Below, piece by piece: positions 25,802 to 40,334 of a DNA stretch of 64,000 nucleotides (positions are counted from its first letter, which is position 1; each line of letters starts with the position of its first letter). The notes beneath the pieces are model-generated. The model saw nothing but the letters and a program-made list of their open reading frames with translations, did no database searches and was not told the origin of the DNA. The stretch lies in assembly GCA_017499595.2 (NCBI GenBank), contig CM039000.1, forward strand, positions 1,178,001 to 1,242,000. The letters are read 5' to 3'. Origin of the DNA: Psilocybe cubensis. Lineage: Eukaryota. Both the position numbers and the translations under genes were made by a program.

Positions 25802-28800
25802 ATGGACATGATCGTCCACTACGACCAGGACCCAACGCTAGCCTCCAGCATCGGCGAGATGGACACCACCCCCATCATCCCCCAGCTCGCCCCAGACGAC
25901 ATCCTCCAGGCACCCTTTATGTCCCCCTCTCACCCGGAGCTTGGCGTCCACCCCGCGACGGGCATGCCCATGCTTTTGCCGCCCCAGGACCAGAATCTCG
26001 CCTTCCTCGCAAGCCCACAGGCCCAAGAGCTTGCCGTGAACGGCTTCACCCCCGCAATGCATCTCCCGCTATCAGACCTGCAGATGCCCCCCGTGAATGT
26101 GTTTATGAACGCTCAGATGGAGCCGGCCCTGGATGCGCTATCCGCGACGACCCCTTATGATATGGGCTTGGTCCCGGACCCATTTGCGATGGTGGCGACG
26201 GATGCGGCTCCTGCGGACGTGCGCACGCTTTCGGCGTCGCCGCCCCAGTCCCAGGTCCCCTCGCCGTCCGTGCACGGCTCGTCCTCGTCTTATGGCGCAG
26301 GGGTTACGTCCTCGCTTGAATCTGCACTGGAGCCGGTGACTGCCCATGCGAGCCGAAGTAGGGCGAATACGTCCCTGTCGCCGCCGTCTTCGTTCCCGTC
26401 TTTGTCACCACAGAGTTTGCATAATGGGGCTACGGAGTACCCGACATCTATTAGTCCAGGGAGCAGCACTACCACTAGCGCGCTCGAAGAGTCCATTTCG
26501 CAACAACAGCCCCAGACGCTGATAGGCAAGCTACTGAAGGAGTAAGTTTTATCTTTTTTGTTTCTTTTTTTCCCTCATTTAGTCTATCTTCGCTTGTTTT
26601 TTTGGCGGGAAAAATAATAACATGTGATTTAGTATCGCAATTACTGCAATCGATGCCGGGGATGCGTTCGAGCACTGTAACGGGCCCGAGCAAACAACAA
26701 AAGTGGGCGAACTCAAAGATCGCATCGAGCAGGTGATGCAAATGCTCAGGACGATGGATGTGAATGCGCCAGAAACGCATTCGTATGTGATTCCTCCGCC
26801 TCCTGTGCCTGTTGCACACCCTTCACAAACATCTATGCCTCATTATGCGCCCCCTCCTTTCCCTCCATCTGATAATAAAGGTGTTGAGCAGTCAAATCAT
26901 CTCGGCGTATCGGATCAATCTCGCAAACGATGTGCCTCTGAATTGGAGGAGCACCGATCCGTAAAATCTCTGAAGCGGGAGCCTCAAGACGATGTACCAC
27001 TCACTCTATCTATGCAAGAAACCACCACGTCTCCGTCTGCATCTGGCTTGGCTTTTCCTCCTTCTACCACCTATTCAATACCCGTAGTGCCAGTGGTTCC
27101 GAAGTCACGGCCACCGTCACGACCTCCGACCCCTCCATCCGCATTTGTGGCGAATAACTCCTTTGGCACGATCAAACAAACACCTTCTGTCCCTGCCGCA
27201 AGTCCCGCATTTATTTCAGGAACATCTGCCAATGGCTCGTTGCCTGCGGTCCCGCCGCCACCTTTTCATGCCTGGACGGAACCCATCGTGCCAACGAGAC
27301 ACCACCATTCGCTGTCCGCAGGATCCGTCCCTGGACCTCTCAGCAATTTGGGTGGGCTGTCAACGGTTTCTTCTAGTAGCGCTTTTGCTCCTATTGGTCT
27401 CCAGGCCCCTGTCGGCCAGCCTCTCACGAACCCGCAACCTGGCGGGACTCCTCCGACGATCACACCTACGATCGGGAGAATGTCGCGTTCGGGCTCGATA
27501 AGTGGAACAAACTTCAGGAACATGTACAATAGTTTCTCATTCACCGAGCAACCTTATTCTGAAGCCCCTGGGACGTATCATGGACAGAAAGTGGCCAGCT
27601 CTTCGACACGCGGGGGCGGTCAGGCGAATTGGCATATGGGACCTGAGAATGCTGGCACGAGTTCGTCTGCCACTGGTGTATCTGCCACTCCTAGAAAGAC
27701 TGCCTCGTTTTCGATACACGCACAATCGCACTCGCACAATTCCCCCTCCGATGAGGAAGACGAAGATGACGATTCGGATTCCGATGAGAGCACGTCTGGG
27801 AAAACAATCCCTCATCATGTGAGTTTTTCTATTCTCTTCTTCGTCCCTTCCATTCGCGCTATCTTCTGCTACTTCTCTGCTTCTTCTGAGTTGGATTTTT
27901 TTTTTGCTTCTTTCTCTCTCTTTTTTGTGAACTAAAAATATGTTTTTCTTCGATGTGTTGTGGTTGATTCGTGTTACGTCGATGATGATGACTGACGTGT
28001 GCGTAATGCGTTTTTGTTTTATTTTTAGGGTTCGGGCGATCGACACTCTGCATCAGGTGCATCGGACTTGCCTCCGGAATATATCCTCGATGTCGATAGG
28101 ATTTTCTTTGAATTTTTAAACAAGTTGTGCTCTAATTGTGAGTACATACTTTTCTTTTTTTGGTGTTTTCTCCGTGGTATTAGGGGTCTAAATGATCGTT
28201 GCTAGTGGACGCGACCGATGCAAAAGGCGAACAAATCCATCAGACTCTTATGGCGAAGAAGATGCAGCGTCTTGATGAATCGCCAGACTTTCGTCCTTTC
28301 AAGTTCCGGATACAGGCGTTTACCAATGCGTTCATGGACGAAGTCGGTGTTCGCTTTATCTTCCTTGTCTTCCATGTAATCTCATCATCGTTCATCAGCT
28401 CATGCTTAACGGGTATAGCTCCGATAAAATACCCATGAAAAAGGTGAGGGTTTATCAAAAAGGCGTGCATGCTTAAAAAGGCGTCTTGATTGCTGATCGC
28501 GATTGTGATTCCAAAGGCCCGAAATTACCTGTGGAGACAGAAATATATTCTCCGGTTCAATGAGGATGGGAAGAAAGCTAAATCCAAAGGTAATCATATA
28601 TGGAACGTGGAAGCGAAGAAAACTGGAGAAGGGCAGTGGGAGTTTAGACCCTTCCAGAGGAAGCTGGCGGGGAACCCACCCAACGTTGCGTATTGTGGAT
28701 TGCGCTGGTCGTGGAAGCCGCATATATGGCACCCGCAATGCTCGTTTAAAAAGGTGCCGGTCACTTACAGCTCGCCGTCGTTACCGTCCTGGCTGTCGTG

Positions 28801-29816
28801 GAAAGGCGGAGAGTTGTCTGGTACACCTCCTCCTGATGCTGTAGATTGTCAGATAACTGCTATCGCCAAGGTAAAGCATTCTTTTTTTTTTGCTCTCTTA
28901 TCTATCCTCGATCGACTTGAGGCGCTGATTTGGCACATGGCTTTCGTTTTGATGTTTTCAGTTCATGGTTGATGGCAAGGAGGACCAGGTTTCTACTACT
29001 TTTACTATATCTATTGCGCCGGTCTCTGCTCTTGATTCGGTGAACTACTCACGTTCCCGCCGTCCCTCTTTTGCATCCGACCCGCCACCCCCAAAACGCA
29101 GCACAAGTGATTCGGCACTCTTTCAAATTCCGTTAAGGTATGCCACCTCCAAGTTTTTTCCATTCCCACTCATCATTGATTTGGTTTTTTCAAAATATGT
29201 TAGAGCCGACCCACGAATGAATCGTGCCGAAAATTCTACACACGTTATCCGGGTTTTGCAAAATGTTGCGATGCGCGTTACCAGCGAAGCAGAATCGCAG
29301 TTTGTTTCCCAGTCGCCTCCTAAAGAAGGCAAGCTTCAGGATCTCGTTAAACAAAAGCATGTCCTAGAACAGACCGTTCACGCGTACGACAAGGCAATTT
29401 CGGGCCAGGGACACATGGACTCGCGCCGACTGGCTGTCGCGGCCCAGCATGTCGTGCTGCAGGCTGCGCAGACCGTTATCGCAGACCGCACCGTCGCCAA
29501 CGGCGGAGCTTCCGTCCCTCAACCAGAAACCGTGGCCATCCAAAACATCTCTGTCAGCGAATTGACGGACAAGACGCAGGATGCTATTGCGCAGGCTGTC
29601 AAGATCAACGGCACGGCGTCAAACGAGGTGGACATCATCGTGAAGGCGACGTCGATTTTGAAGTCGCAGACGCCCGTGCTGGACACGATCCCGCCTGTAG
29701 TTGTTGCCGCTGCCCTACCCCCTCCGCCGCGGGGGCTGCCGTCGGCCGTTGTGCCGTCCAGGATTGCATCTACTTTCCCATCATCCAATTTATCGCCTCT
29801 ACCTGAATATACGTAG
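25802..29816 (+). CDS. Large uncharacterised protein: P/S-rich N-terminus, basic conserved-looking core, putative Ig-like (He_PIG-like) module
   Basis: Chain of long ORFs joined by GT-AG introns. Core MAKKMQRLDESPDFRPFKFRIQAFTNAF and RFNEDGKKAKSKGNHIWNV; SLPSWLSWKGGELSGTPP resembles He_PIG/cadherin-like repeats. Confidence 0.75.
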
Positions 29817-31537
29817 AGGGGAAGGTTACTCTCACTATTTTGACCCTTTGCGTCATTCATGCATCCATATCCATATCCCAAGTCCATGTACATATCCATC
29901 ACCATTTCCCCACCCCATCCTCCACTTATCATTGTTTACTAAGCTACCGAACTGTTGCGTCTTGTTATTTGGGGTCAATTGGGACATTGCTCTCTTATGA
30001 TATTAGAGAGAGAAGCTCTTTTTTCTTTTTCTTTTTTTCCTTCTTCTTTTCATTTTTTTGGTCTCTGTCGTACATTAGAAGGTTAGGATTTTTTTCCCCA
30101 AGGGTCTGCTGATTTGCTTGTTCCTGTATATGTCTCTTTTTTTACTCTCCTCGTCCTTGTTTGTTCCATCTCTTTTTTTTGGGGTTGTCGATCAGGTCTC
30201 ACTCACTAGGTTACTGTTAAGTACTACTACTCACAAAAGGCACCATGAAATTTTTTCTTTTTTGTACTAATACCATTTTGTTGTGAGAACGCCATTGTTC
30301 TTTTTTGTTTTTTGTGCCCAAGAATTTCAGGGTCGTTGTATGTATTCTAAATTCTAATTGAAAAGGTTATTTTCTTCTACTTCTTATCAGAGTTGAAATA
30401 GGGTGGGCAACAAACATTCATCTCTTTACTCAGCTAGTCTGATTTTTCGCCTGATCGCTTCAATATCGATTTTTATCAGGACGCTCAACGACGCAAGCTG
30501 CGCATACCCGGATTAGTTGGGCTGTCTTTCAAAATTCAACCTGAAAAGATTCGCTAGAAAATAGTTTTTGGAAAGGGTCGGGCGCTGTTAAACGTAAATG
30601 CGTCGGCGTCGGGGTTGAGTGACATTGTGCCTACTGTCATTTCGAAAAGCATGTTGTGCGGATGGTGTCAGAATCAGTAGGAATTGTAGGGACGCACGAT
30701 TCGGTGACCGCACCAATGCGCATACATTCTTCATTTCAGGGACAAGGGACATATAGGGTTAAGCATTTAGCCAGTCGCGGTTAGCGTATTTTTAGGCTTC
30801 AGCTAATCTGACATTCTCGCATCATGCGCTTCAAAGTTCAATCTGATTTCGATGGGTAGATGCTTAACAATGACAGTTGACTTCATGAGAGCAAATATGT
30901 CCATATGCCACCAGCCTTCAGCTTCCCGGTTCTCGTCATCGATGTCGAATTCGGATTCACTACCGGACCATGGTAATAACATGCAACCACTTGATCTGCT
31001 GGGAAATTGGTAGCAAAACCATATGTGTAGAGCATGATCAGGGGCTTCCGGGAGCATTGGCGAAGGACTTGGAAGTTCTAATTATAGTCGTTAACTAACA
31101 CCATCACAATTAGGCGCCCAGCTCCTAATTAGGTACTGTGGAGTTATGCTGCAAAGAAAGCAAAGGTACTAGCAGCAGCACCAAAAATGCCTTTGCAACA
31201 CTTTACAGGCGAATACACGCTCGACGTACAGTCCGACAGGCAAATGATCTTAAGCCGGAGGAATGTCCACAAAAAGGTGCTTCAAAAATATCTTGCTTAA
31301 CGTTTTCTCATGATTTACCGAGTAGCAGAAGTTATGGAGTAATATACTCTCATACAGAATCTGGTGGCAGCAGCTGTAGCCTGAGTAAGAGGAAATAGCA
31401 TTGTTTGGGCGATGAATTCAGAATGGCTCCTCGTCTAAAATCTTATAAAAGGGTCGAGGAGTGTCCTCTAGAATCAGCAGCTCAAGCTCTAAACCACTCA
31501 AAGCGTGCTAAAGAAAATCAGCAGTCAAAAAGTCAAG

Positions 31538-32154
31538 ATGATATTTTCTTACAAGGCTTTAATACTTGCCGTCTTCCCTTTGGCGACCTCCGTCATCGGG
31601 GCAACCCTCCCTGTACGCCCCATTTTCATTACACTACACGATAGCACAGCTAACGGTTATTACAGTTAGAGTCCCGCCAGACGTGCACACTGACCTGCGG
31701 CAATGTTGCAGATTCTCTGCCGTTCATCCAGTCCTTCTCTCAATCAGGATCGGACCACTTCTACACCACCAGTACCACTGAGAATGCCCAGTTTGCTGCT
31801 AAGGGTTACGCCCCCCAAGGGGTTGCAGGACGCATCTTCCCTACTCAAGAGCCTGGAACTGTCCCATTTTTCCGTCTCTTCAACGCAGGTTGGATTGACC
31901 ACACATACACTGCCAACCAGCAATTGCGTTCTGCAGAGATCAACATCACCAAGCCACCCTACGCCGATGATACCATTGCAGGATATGTCTACCTCGATGG
32001 ATCGTGCCCGGGGACCATTCCTCTGTTTTGGGCATTCAGCACGTCGATCACCGACTCTTTCTTTACGACTGATTTGGCGGAATACGATTCGGCTATCAGT
32101 AGCGGTGTTTACAACGGACAGGGTATCGCAGCATACATATACCCAGCTGCTTGA
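31538..32154 (+). CDS. Small secreted protein with three DHFYTT-like repeats (DUF5648-like)
   Basis: Signal-peptide exon MIFSYKALILAVFPLATSVIGATLP, intron 31613-31664, then LESRQTC...DHFYTT...GYAPQGVAGRIF...DHTYT...DSFFTT...GIAAYIYPAA*. TATAAAA at 31444. Confidence 0.82.
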
Positions 32155-32652
32155 AGTGGTTTGCAATTTATTGTCGAGACATGCATTAGCCCAGTGATGG
32201 TACAATTATTGGCTACTAGTCGGCTTTATTATATTTCTTTGCTCGATGTTCGACGATGGTATTTAAATGGTTAATATATATCATAGTAACCTCAAATCTG
32301 TGTGTTTAGACTGAATCCTGGTTCTTATGTTCAATGGCTGCTGCCAAAAGGTTACTGCATGACGTATACGCAGGAGAGAAATGAGGTCAGGAATCTATTA
32401 GATCATTTACAGCATCTACACAGTAGTATATTTATAACCCATAGAAACAGCATAATAGCAAGGTGAAAAGCAATTTCGGAATATCCACGCAGGCGGAAAA
32501 GTAGACACGACTGGTGTCAGTAGTTGACAGTAGAATATCAAGGCAAAAATAGGGACACATCTTGGCAGAAACGCAAGATATGCAGGGTGTCCGTTTTTGT
32601 CTAATAAGAGCACCCTTGGGGACACAGCTCGACATGATTTACCAGGACAATT

Positions 32653-35600
32653 TTACGAGAATGGGGTTTCGCACATCTCGCAAGACACTGCATCAGGCCC
32701 ATTCGAGAACGTGCATGCGAGACAGGGCTTTTCTTCCACCAAGTTAGTAAAGGTCGGTCCTGGAGTACGTTCAGGAGAGCTCGATCCTACGCAACCCAAC
32801 AGTGTGCCTCCAAACCCTCGGCCTTCACGCCTCTTCTTCGAAGGAGGCTCGTCAGAATCAGAGGTAATCTCGAGGATCTCAGTTTGTTCCTTTAAATCAA
32901 TGATGTCGTTCGGTGAAATCTTGAGGATGGCTACTGTTTCCGCATTGTCTTCCAACTCGCGGCCTTGGTAAAAAAGACGCTGACATATGGTAGGAATAGA
33001 AAACTCTTCGTTCGCCTGTCAAGATTCAGTAGGCATTTTCGTTTAGAAAATAGGTGCCAGATATCGCACCATCATTTTCAGCTCTTTGACTGTCGTAGCC
33101 TTAGACACCTGTACCCTTCTTCGCTGGCCTTGCTCTTTCATTTGCCGTAAACGACGCGACTGTCGTGATCCGTCGGTATTTCGGCCATATGTGGCTGGTT
33201 TAGGTTTTATTTTCGGTGGTGACTCAGAGTCAATGTTTGACGATTTGGGCTCTTCCGGACCACGTATTCGAATATAAATCTCCGCGGTCTCCCATTCTGT
33301 TTTCCTGGGATATGTTGATGATAAAAATAGGAAACCAAAAAGGGATGATCATGTCACTCTTACCTTCTCAAACGACATTCATGACAGACTGGAATAGAAT
33401 GTTCATATCGCTCTCTTCTACCTTCCGAAATCTTGGTTAGCTCTATCACAGGCCCTCCTGGGTATCTAAATTATATTTGATGATCAAGCCGGATCGGTAA
33501 TCAATGATAGTGAGACCTACATCGATTGTAATTCATCCCAATGATTTCTTTCGATGATCAGGATAGTCGAATCCAAGTCGTTAGTACAATTTGGGTCAAA
33601 TATTAGATGATCATGTTGGCAGAGAAAGATCTTGTTATCCACTATTTCGGGTCTGGTATTGTCTGTAGGGTTATTGACCCAGCGTCTCCAAGCTCTGATG
33701 AATTGAGAGGGTATGACCGCACACGGAACCTTATCAGATTCATTGGTCCACACATCGAGAGAGGATTGGTCAATAAACTTCAATCGACACTGCCATCAAA
33801 AGTACAGGGGAGTAAGAATAAAGCAACTCAAACGATAGTTAAATACTCGCCTTTTCCTCCTCCGCCTTTCTTCGTATTTCCTTCTTGTCTTCTTTCGATA
33901 TGTGTACTTCAGCGTCGCATACCGCACAAGTCTCCGTATTACTAGAAGGGGGTTTCCAAGCTGGGAAAATGTCACTGAGAAGTTGCATTGCCTACATAGC
34001 GTCCATCGATAAGCTGCGGCACGTTTCAGGATGAGAGATGACCATGAACCCACCTCAACGGATATTTTTCGCCGATTTATCGTGTTAAGTGTTAATCCAT
34101 CATGCTCGCATAAGACATGATTGCGAAACTCTCCAGAATCAGGTCCGGGATCTTTCACAGATGGGATGTGCATTTTCGGCTTCATCAATTTCCAGTCTAC
34201 AAACACAGAAAATTGACAAGGTGAAAAGAACAGTACGACTGAAAAACTCTTACCCTTCACCCATTTTTTTGATATCCAGTAACCTAGCTCATCGTCCGCC
34301 ACAGAAGAGATTTCATCGAACTGCTTGACTTGTTTCGGGTGATCAAGTTCATATAGTTTTTCTGAAGATAATCCATGTAAGCAAAAGGGGTAACGAGAAT
34401 GTGAAAAATAGCACCTTTGAAAATTGATTCAACGCAAGTGGAACAAGCGTCATGGGGTCGAAGTAAGGGTTCAAAAGTGCAATTTGTTGTGTTCACAATT
34501 TCGTTGTACATTCGCTAGAAAAGCATGGGTCAGCACTTGAGTGCAGATATTAACAGTGAAATTTACCAACCTGGTTTATTCGTTTGATGTCTTTGAATTT
34601 TTGAGGATCGATTAGGCCGTGCTCGCATGTAATGTCCGCATTAGAGATCACGATGGGCAACTCGGTGCCTTTGGTTGGCGTCGGCGAGTTCGATTTGGCG
34701 CGGCTGGGATTGTCCACCGCGGAATCCAATCCACTTTCTTTAAGCATAGCAGAAACACAATCTTCCGACAGCCATGATTCCAAAGCTTGCCTGCTAACAA
34801 CCACGGAATCCTCCTTCACAAGATGAAGCGAGCCCGTGAATGAAAGGAGCCCTATTCTGTGGCAAGAAATTGACCTACCGAATCATTGTGCAATGACCAA
34901 TTACGGTAGATATTGCGAACCTTGTGGCATAGTTCTTGAAACCTGGATTTTGCATCCTCTTCCCTAGTTATGGAGACGTCGACTAAGAACTTGTTCAAGT
35001 GAGAGGCTAATAACTTATGCTTACTTTTCCTTATAATGTTTACAAGCATTTTCATGCTCCGCGTTCAAAGTCTGAATTACTTCCATAGCTCGGACAGGAG
35101 GCTCTGATAGCAGAGAAACAGGTGTTACAGAAGAATTGGGATTTGATACTGCCGTTGCATTTGACTTTTTCGCATATATCAGCATATATGCATCCTTGGA
35201 AGTGATTAAACTGGATTGAATTTAGTCGTTAATCGTCGCCAACGAAAGTTCAAATACCTTGGTTTGTTAGTGGAAGGCTTTGAAGAAGAGGATATTTTTT
35301 CAGTTTTGATTCTAAAGGCAAAGGTCGTCACGAGATCAGACATAGAGATGAGGAGTGGAAGACTATGCATACTCGACAATTTCGTCATCGCTGTCTTCGA
35401 TACGTTTTCGTTTTCTGGCATTAATTCGGTTCTTACGAACCTGTAGTTGGTCTAGCCTTCACGTTTAGTTAGCTACATTGGTATGTTTCAAATCAATTGA
35501 TGCACTTTTCTTCACTGTCTTCGTGGGTTTGGGGTGCAAACTTGTCGCCCAATGTTGTTATCCGAGTGACAGTTTCGTCATTGAATTGGTACCACGATTT

Positions 35601-37410
35601 ATATCTGTACAAAAGCAATAAAAACGGGAGATGCATCCACAGACAACCAGAAAAAGCTCACTCTGCATCGTGAACCTGTGCCTCGTAATGGCCATGGTAT
35701 GCACTAGTTCCCTTGTGGAGAAGAATTCCTCGGAGCTCATAGATATTGTCTTCATTATCAGCTGAAGAAGGCTTTTTTCGAGCATTCTTCGAGCCAATAT
35801 ATTTTTGCATATCGAGAACTAGTGGAAATGCGATAGAATGCTTGGACTTCTTCCGTTCCATGGTGGAAACATCATACACAAAACGTAACAAAGAGAAATG
35901 AAGAACAGGTGGAAGTTGCCGGAGCTCCGTGTAGCGTGTAGCGTCTTGTAAAGATTCGCAACGAGAACAGAAATACCTAAGCAAAATTAACGAGAGAAGA
36001 GTAGACTCAGAACGCAGTTGCATACTTGTTGTCCCCAGATAGGGTTTCTGGTAATAGAGACGCAGCAATGCGGTCCTCCAATGTGGAGTTATTCTACCAA
36101 GGGAAAGAGGTTAACCTATTCCTTGAGGAAGGGGAGAGATCGAGTCATACATCGAAACTTATTTCGACCTCGAGGAAATCTGAAGGCCTTTCCGACCGAT
36201 TTTTACACGAGTGACATATAGTTCCATACGCTTGACTTCCTTGAAACTGAAGTATGCTTAAGCTTGTTGCTACTGAATGATCCTTCCGAAAAAGGCTTAC
36301 CTGTTCCGTGATGAGAGATTTAACAGCGGAAGTCTGTTTCTTGAATTCGACATCCAGGTGAGACATGAAAAGCTTCGAGAACCTGCAACACATGTGTAAG
36401 AGAAGACTGGCGACATGTCCAAATTCAGTGGCACTCACTCCTGAGCATCTTGTTGTTCGGATGCTCGCAGTTGCAAGCTTTCCACGAGTTTTGTGGGGTT
36501 GAAAGATTTCTGGTTGCCTTTTTGAAGAGCTGCAAATGTGACTTGAAGTTGAAATATGGGCGATTCCTACAGACAACCTTGTTGTGAAGGCTTCCTGATC
36601 AACAGCTTGTGTAGCACGAGTCATACTTTGTATTTTTCCACTTGTACGCCTTCTGGAGGCTCGCAACTAAATACACCTGATCGAAATGCCAGATCTCGAT
36701 ACCACACCTGACAGAATTATTAAGAATTCAACGCTGCATGCCGAAGAGATTATATTGCTTAATTACCTGAAGAGAAGCGTTTGCATAACATGTGGCACCA
36801 AGATTCTTCAAGGAAGCAGACCGTGTTACAGATGTCAATAGAACATTAACAATACAAACGAACCTTCAACCCTACTGGCAGATCTACTTCGCGGGTATTT
36901 TGACAAGGGTCTCTTCCAAGCTTTGCAAATTTGAACAGCTTGTCTTCCGGTGCATCTTCGAGGATAACAAATGGATATAAATTCGATCTTGACTTATTTT
37001 GGCGTACCTTCATCTTCCCAAGATTCTTGCCCCAGATAGTTCAGACAATTCGGGTTGGTTTTGCAGTCCTTTTTGGAGCATGATAGAGTATCATCATCTG
37101 ATATTACTATAATATCTTCCACAAGTTCTCCATTGGTATTCGTGATTGAGGAAGAAGAGGGGGGTTCGGGTAAAATATCGTCTTGTTGAGAGTACTTGTT
37201 ACGACAGAACGCGTTGTTATTTCTACGAGATAGGTTGCAGGCCGAAAGACGATGATCCAAAGTTATTTGTTCAGGTTCGACGACCTGCGAACCAACCCAG
37301 CCCCAAGGAGAGGAACTAGAAGCCCCTGGAATGGCATCGCGCTTCAATTTTTCGCCAGGAGGAAGTCCTTTCTGCGGCGAGGACGCGTTTCTTTTGCGTT
37401 TGGGCGCCAT
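32653..37410 (-). CDS. Ubiquitin-specific protease, USP48-like, with C-terminal RanBP2/NZF-type zinc finger
   Basis: CKTNPNCLNYLG, NLGATCYAN (Cys box), YELRGILLHKGTSAYHGHY (His box), repeated CEHG motifs, CLACTFSNGPDAVSCEMC. Confidence 0.92.
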
Positions 37411-37740
37411 TAAAATCAGAGCTGTGGCAGATATGAGCTTGGGTAGAGGGAGAGATGGTGGTGGTGGTGGTCAAGAAACCACAATGGCCCCTCCCAATTT
37501 GGGACACAATTTCACCAACGATCATGATCGACTTCGGCTTCATTGTATGAACGGCACGTTACACCTAACCTAAGTTAACATTGGCCAGTGACCACCTCCG
37601 AAAATTGGATCCTTCACAAATACTCTACGTCCTCCTCCGTCAGCAGTTCAAGGCCCGATCTACGGTACTTAGTAATCATTCACGGAATTTAGGCTGCTGG
37701 CCTGCCTTGTCATTACATCACATTATCCCCGTCACAGTCA

Positions 37741-40208
37741 ATGAACAACGACGCTGTCGAGACGGTGCCAAAGTTCAAACGCGTGCTTCAAAAGCTGAAG
37801 ACAGCGTTACGGCCAGATGGAAACATTCACGAGAAGCGCATACGGAGACGACTGAAGCTTGTGAACCTTATAACACGTCGTTTAAAGACACTTAAGTGCG
37901 TGTCCTGGTTGACCTCAAATGGCCTGCCATGAATTGAGCTGTGTTCTCTAGAATAGTCTTATTTATTGCAGGGTACCTATGGATGGTCCTCATACCTTTT
38001 CCTCACTTAGGCCGAGGTACATACATTGACGAAAATGCGCTTCAGCCGGGACAAGTAAGCCAAAACCAGTCGCTACTACTCTTCTCTCATCGTTTCTATC
38101 TGCAGGTAAACACACAGTGGAATTGGGGAGATGTACACGTCGCAGATCGGTATCTCGAACAATTGGAACATATTCGCGATGCGAATTACACGAGTGTGCA
38201 GTGAGAACATCTACAGTCTCTTTTCGGTGGCTCAAACTCACCACCTTGCCAGACGAGCAAACTGGTTGCGCGAGGAGTTTGGCAAACTTGGGTTGTCATC
38301 GTCGACACAGAAATATACCTTCGCTACAAGTACATCCGTGCGTTCATTCTTACCTTCACTGGATTCAGTCGTTGATTCTCTGTGCTTCACAGAACTCTAC
38401 AGGAACGAATGCATACGCAATTATCGCATCTCCCCGTCATTCTGGTGTGGAAGCAATGGTTATCAGTGCTTCATGGTTAAGCAGGATCGATGAGGGACAG
38501 GGTATGATCAATATACGAGGTGTTTCCACAGTTTTGGCTCTGGCAGGTTTCTTAAAACGTCAGTATCTCTTTAGTCATCGCCCGCCATATTCTTAGGGTT
38601 TTGTTCAGGTTATTCGTACTGGGGAAAGGATATAGTGCTGGTAATAAGCGACGACTATCTGGAAGGGATGCAGGCATGGCTTGGGGAATATCATGGTGTA
38701 TCGCAATCTGGTAATGTCATACAGCTTCTGCTCGACATTCGAAAGCTGATTCGTAGCAGGCCTCAATGCAGAACCCTTGAAACTGACCTCAGGAGTAATT
38801 TGGACTGCTCTAAATATTGACTATCCCGGGCATTCTTTTTCCCATTTGGGAATTTTCTTTGGTTAGTATTCTTGCTATAGTACAACTGATTTCAAATTGA
38901 GCTAATAGCTCTTCAGAGGGCCTTAATGGGCGTCTACCTAATCAAGACCTTGTCAATTCAGTAGAAAGAATTGCTAGATGGACTGCTCGGGTACCAGTCA
39001 TTCTATACGACCATTTGGACCCCAGGGAAGATGCATCAGCAAATGCCGCATTTTCTTGGATGCCCAAAGCGCTTTATGACATTGGCGATGTTAAGACATA
39101 CTTGTACCAAGCCAGAAATGTTATACGTAATGTTGGATACCAATATAATGGCCGCGGCAGCGGTGTACACGGTCTTTTCCATCAGTACGTTTTGTTGCTC
39201 AAGTCATCAACGTACAAACTGACCCTTTATCCTCAGGTTCAGAATTGATGCAATCACCATTTTCGCAGTTCCTGCCACAGGCCCACACGGATTCCATGCC
39301 ATAGGAAGGTGAAGACGCATGTTTTAAACAAGTATCAATGACTAACATTCCTGGTAGCATTGTCGAATCAACACTGCGCACGATGAACAACATGCTTGAG
39401 CGGCTACATGCTTCGTTCTTTTTCTATATCCTCACAAGCCCTCAAAGATTCCTCAAAATTGGCCTTTTCCTACCGAGTGCCATTCTCATTAGCGTGGCGA
39501 TGATGTTCCATGGGTTGAGCACATGGGTTGACGCTGCCTGGGTGCAAGAGGGTATTTCAGACGAAGGCACTGAAAAATCTTCCACTTCCACCCCAATAAA
39601 GTGGAGACAACGCTCCAGGCCCGTCATCCAGGTGGTGTGCATCATGGCAGCAACACACATTCTAGGATTCGGTTTATTCAAATTGGTATCAAGCGCCCCC
39701 TTTATCAACAATTACAAGGTAAAACCCTGGCACCCTTCATTTTTTGCATTTATCAAGTAGCTCACAAAATGACAAAATTTTGCAGACTCTTTCACCCGTC
39801 ATTTTCGCAGGCTTTGCTGGATTTCCTCTAATAACTGGGATGGTATTCCATTCTTCTTCCTCCACCACCGATGTAGCACCGCTATCCTCCATTCTCAAAG
39901 CCTTGAACCTCTGCTTCGCCTCAACAGTCATATCCATTATCACCGTGCTCAACTTCTCTCTAGCAGCATCTCTAACAATACCCCTCGGGCTTCCACTAGT
40001 GGCCTCTTCACCATCGCCTTCGATGCCCCTTCGCGTGGCTAAGTACAGCGTTTATTCTGTCCTAGCGCTTGGCTGGCTCCTTTTTTCCCAGGACGAGATG
40101 ATCAAGTCCATTTGGTACTGGGAAAGTTTGCGAGTTTGGTTTGCGCCGTTTGTGTGCATTGTATATACACCGTTAGTACTACAAGCTGGTATATCGTGCA
40201 TTCTATGA
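37741..40208 (+). CDS. GAA1: GPI transamidase subunit Gaa1
   Basis: TYIDENALQPG, PRHSGVEAMVISASW, WGKDIVLVISD, EGLNGRLPNQDLVN, NNMLERLHASFFFY; C-terminal TM helices. Confidence 0.95.
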
Positions 40209-40334
40209 ATGTAATTTATTGATATTGTTGTAATTCTGATATATTGAGAGTTTATTACCAATACAATGTGGTAAGATGTAAAGCGCACAAAAAATACAAA
40301 TGCGAAGGATAAGATAAGTTAATCGTCAGCTAAA

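Noticed and set aside
31350-31385. Degenerate copy of the MITE terminus (TCTGGTGGCAGCA)
   Set aside because: Short match with mismatches; no partner TIR or TSD found.
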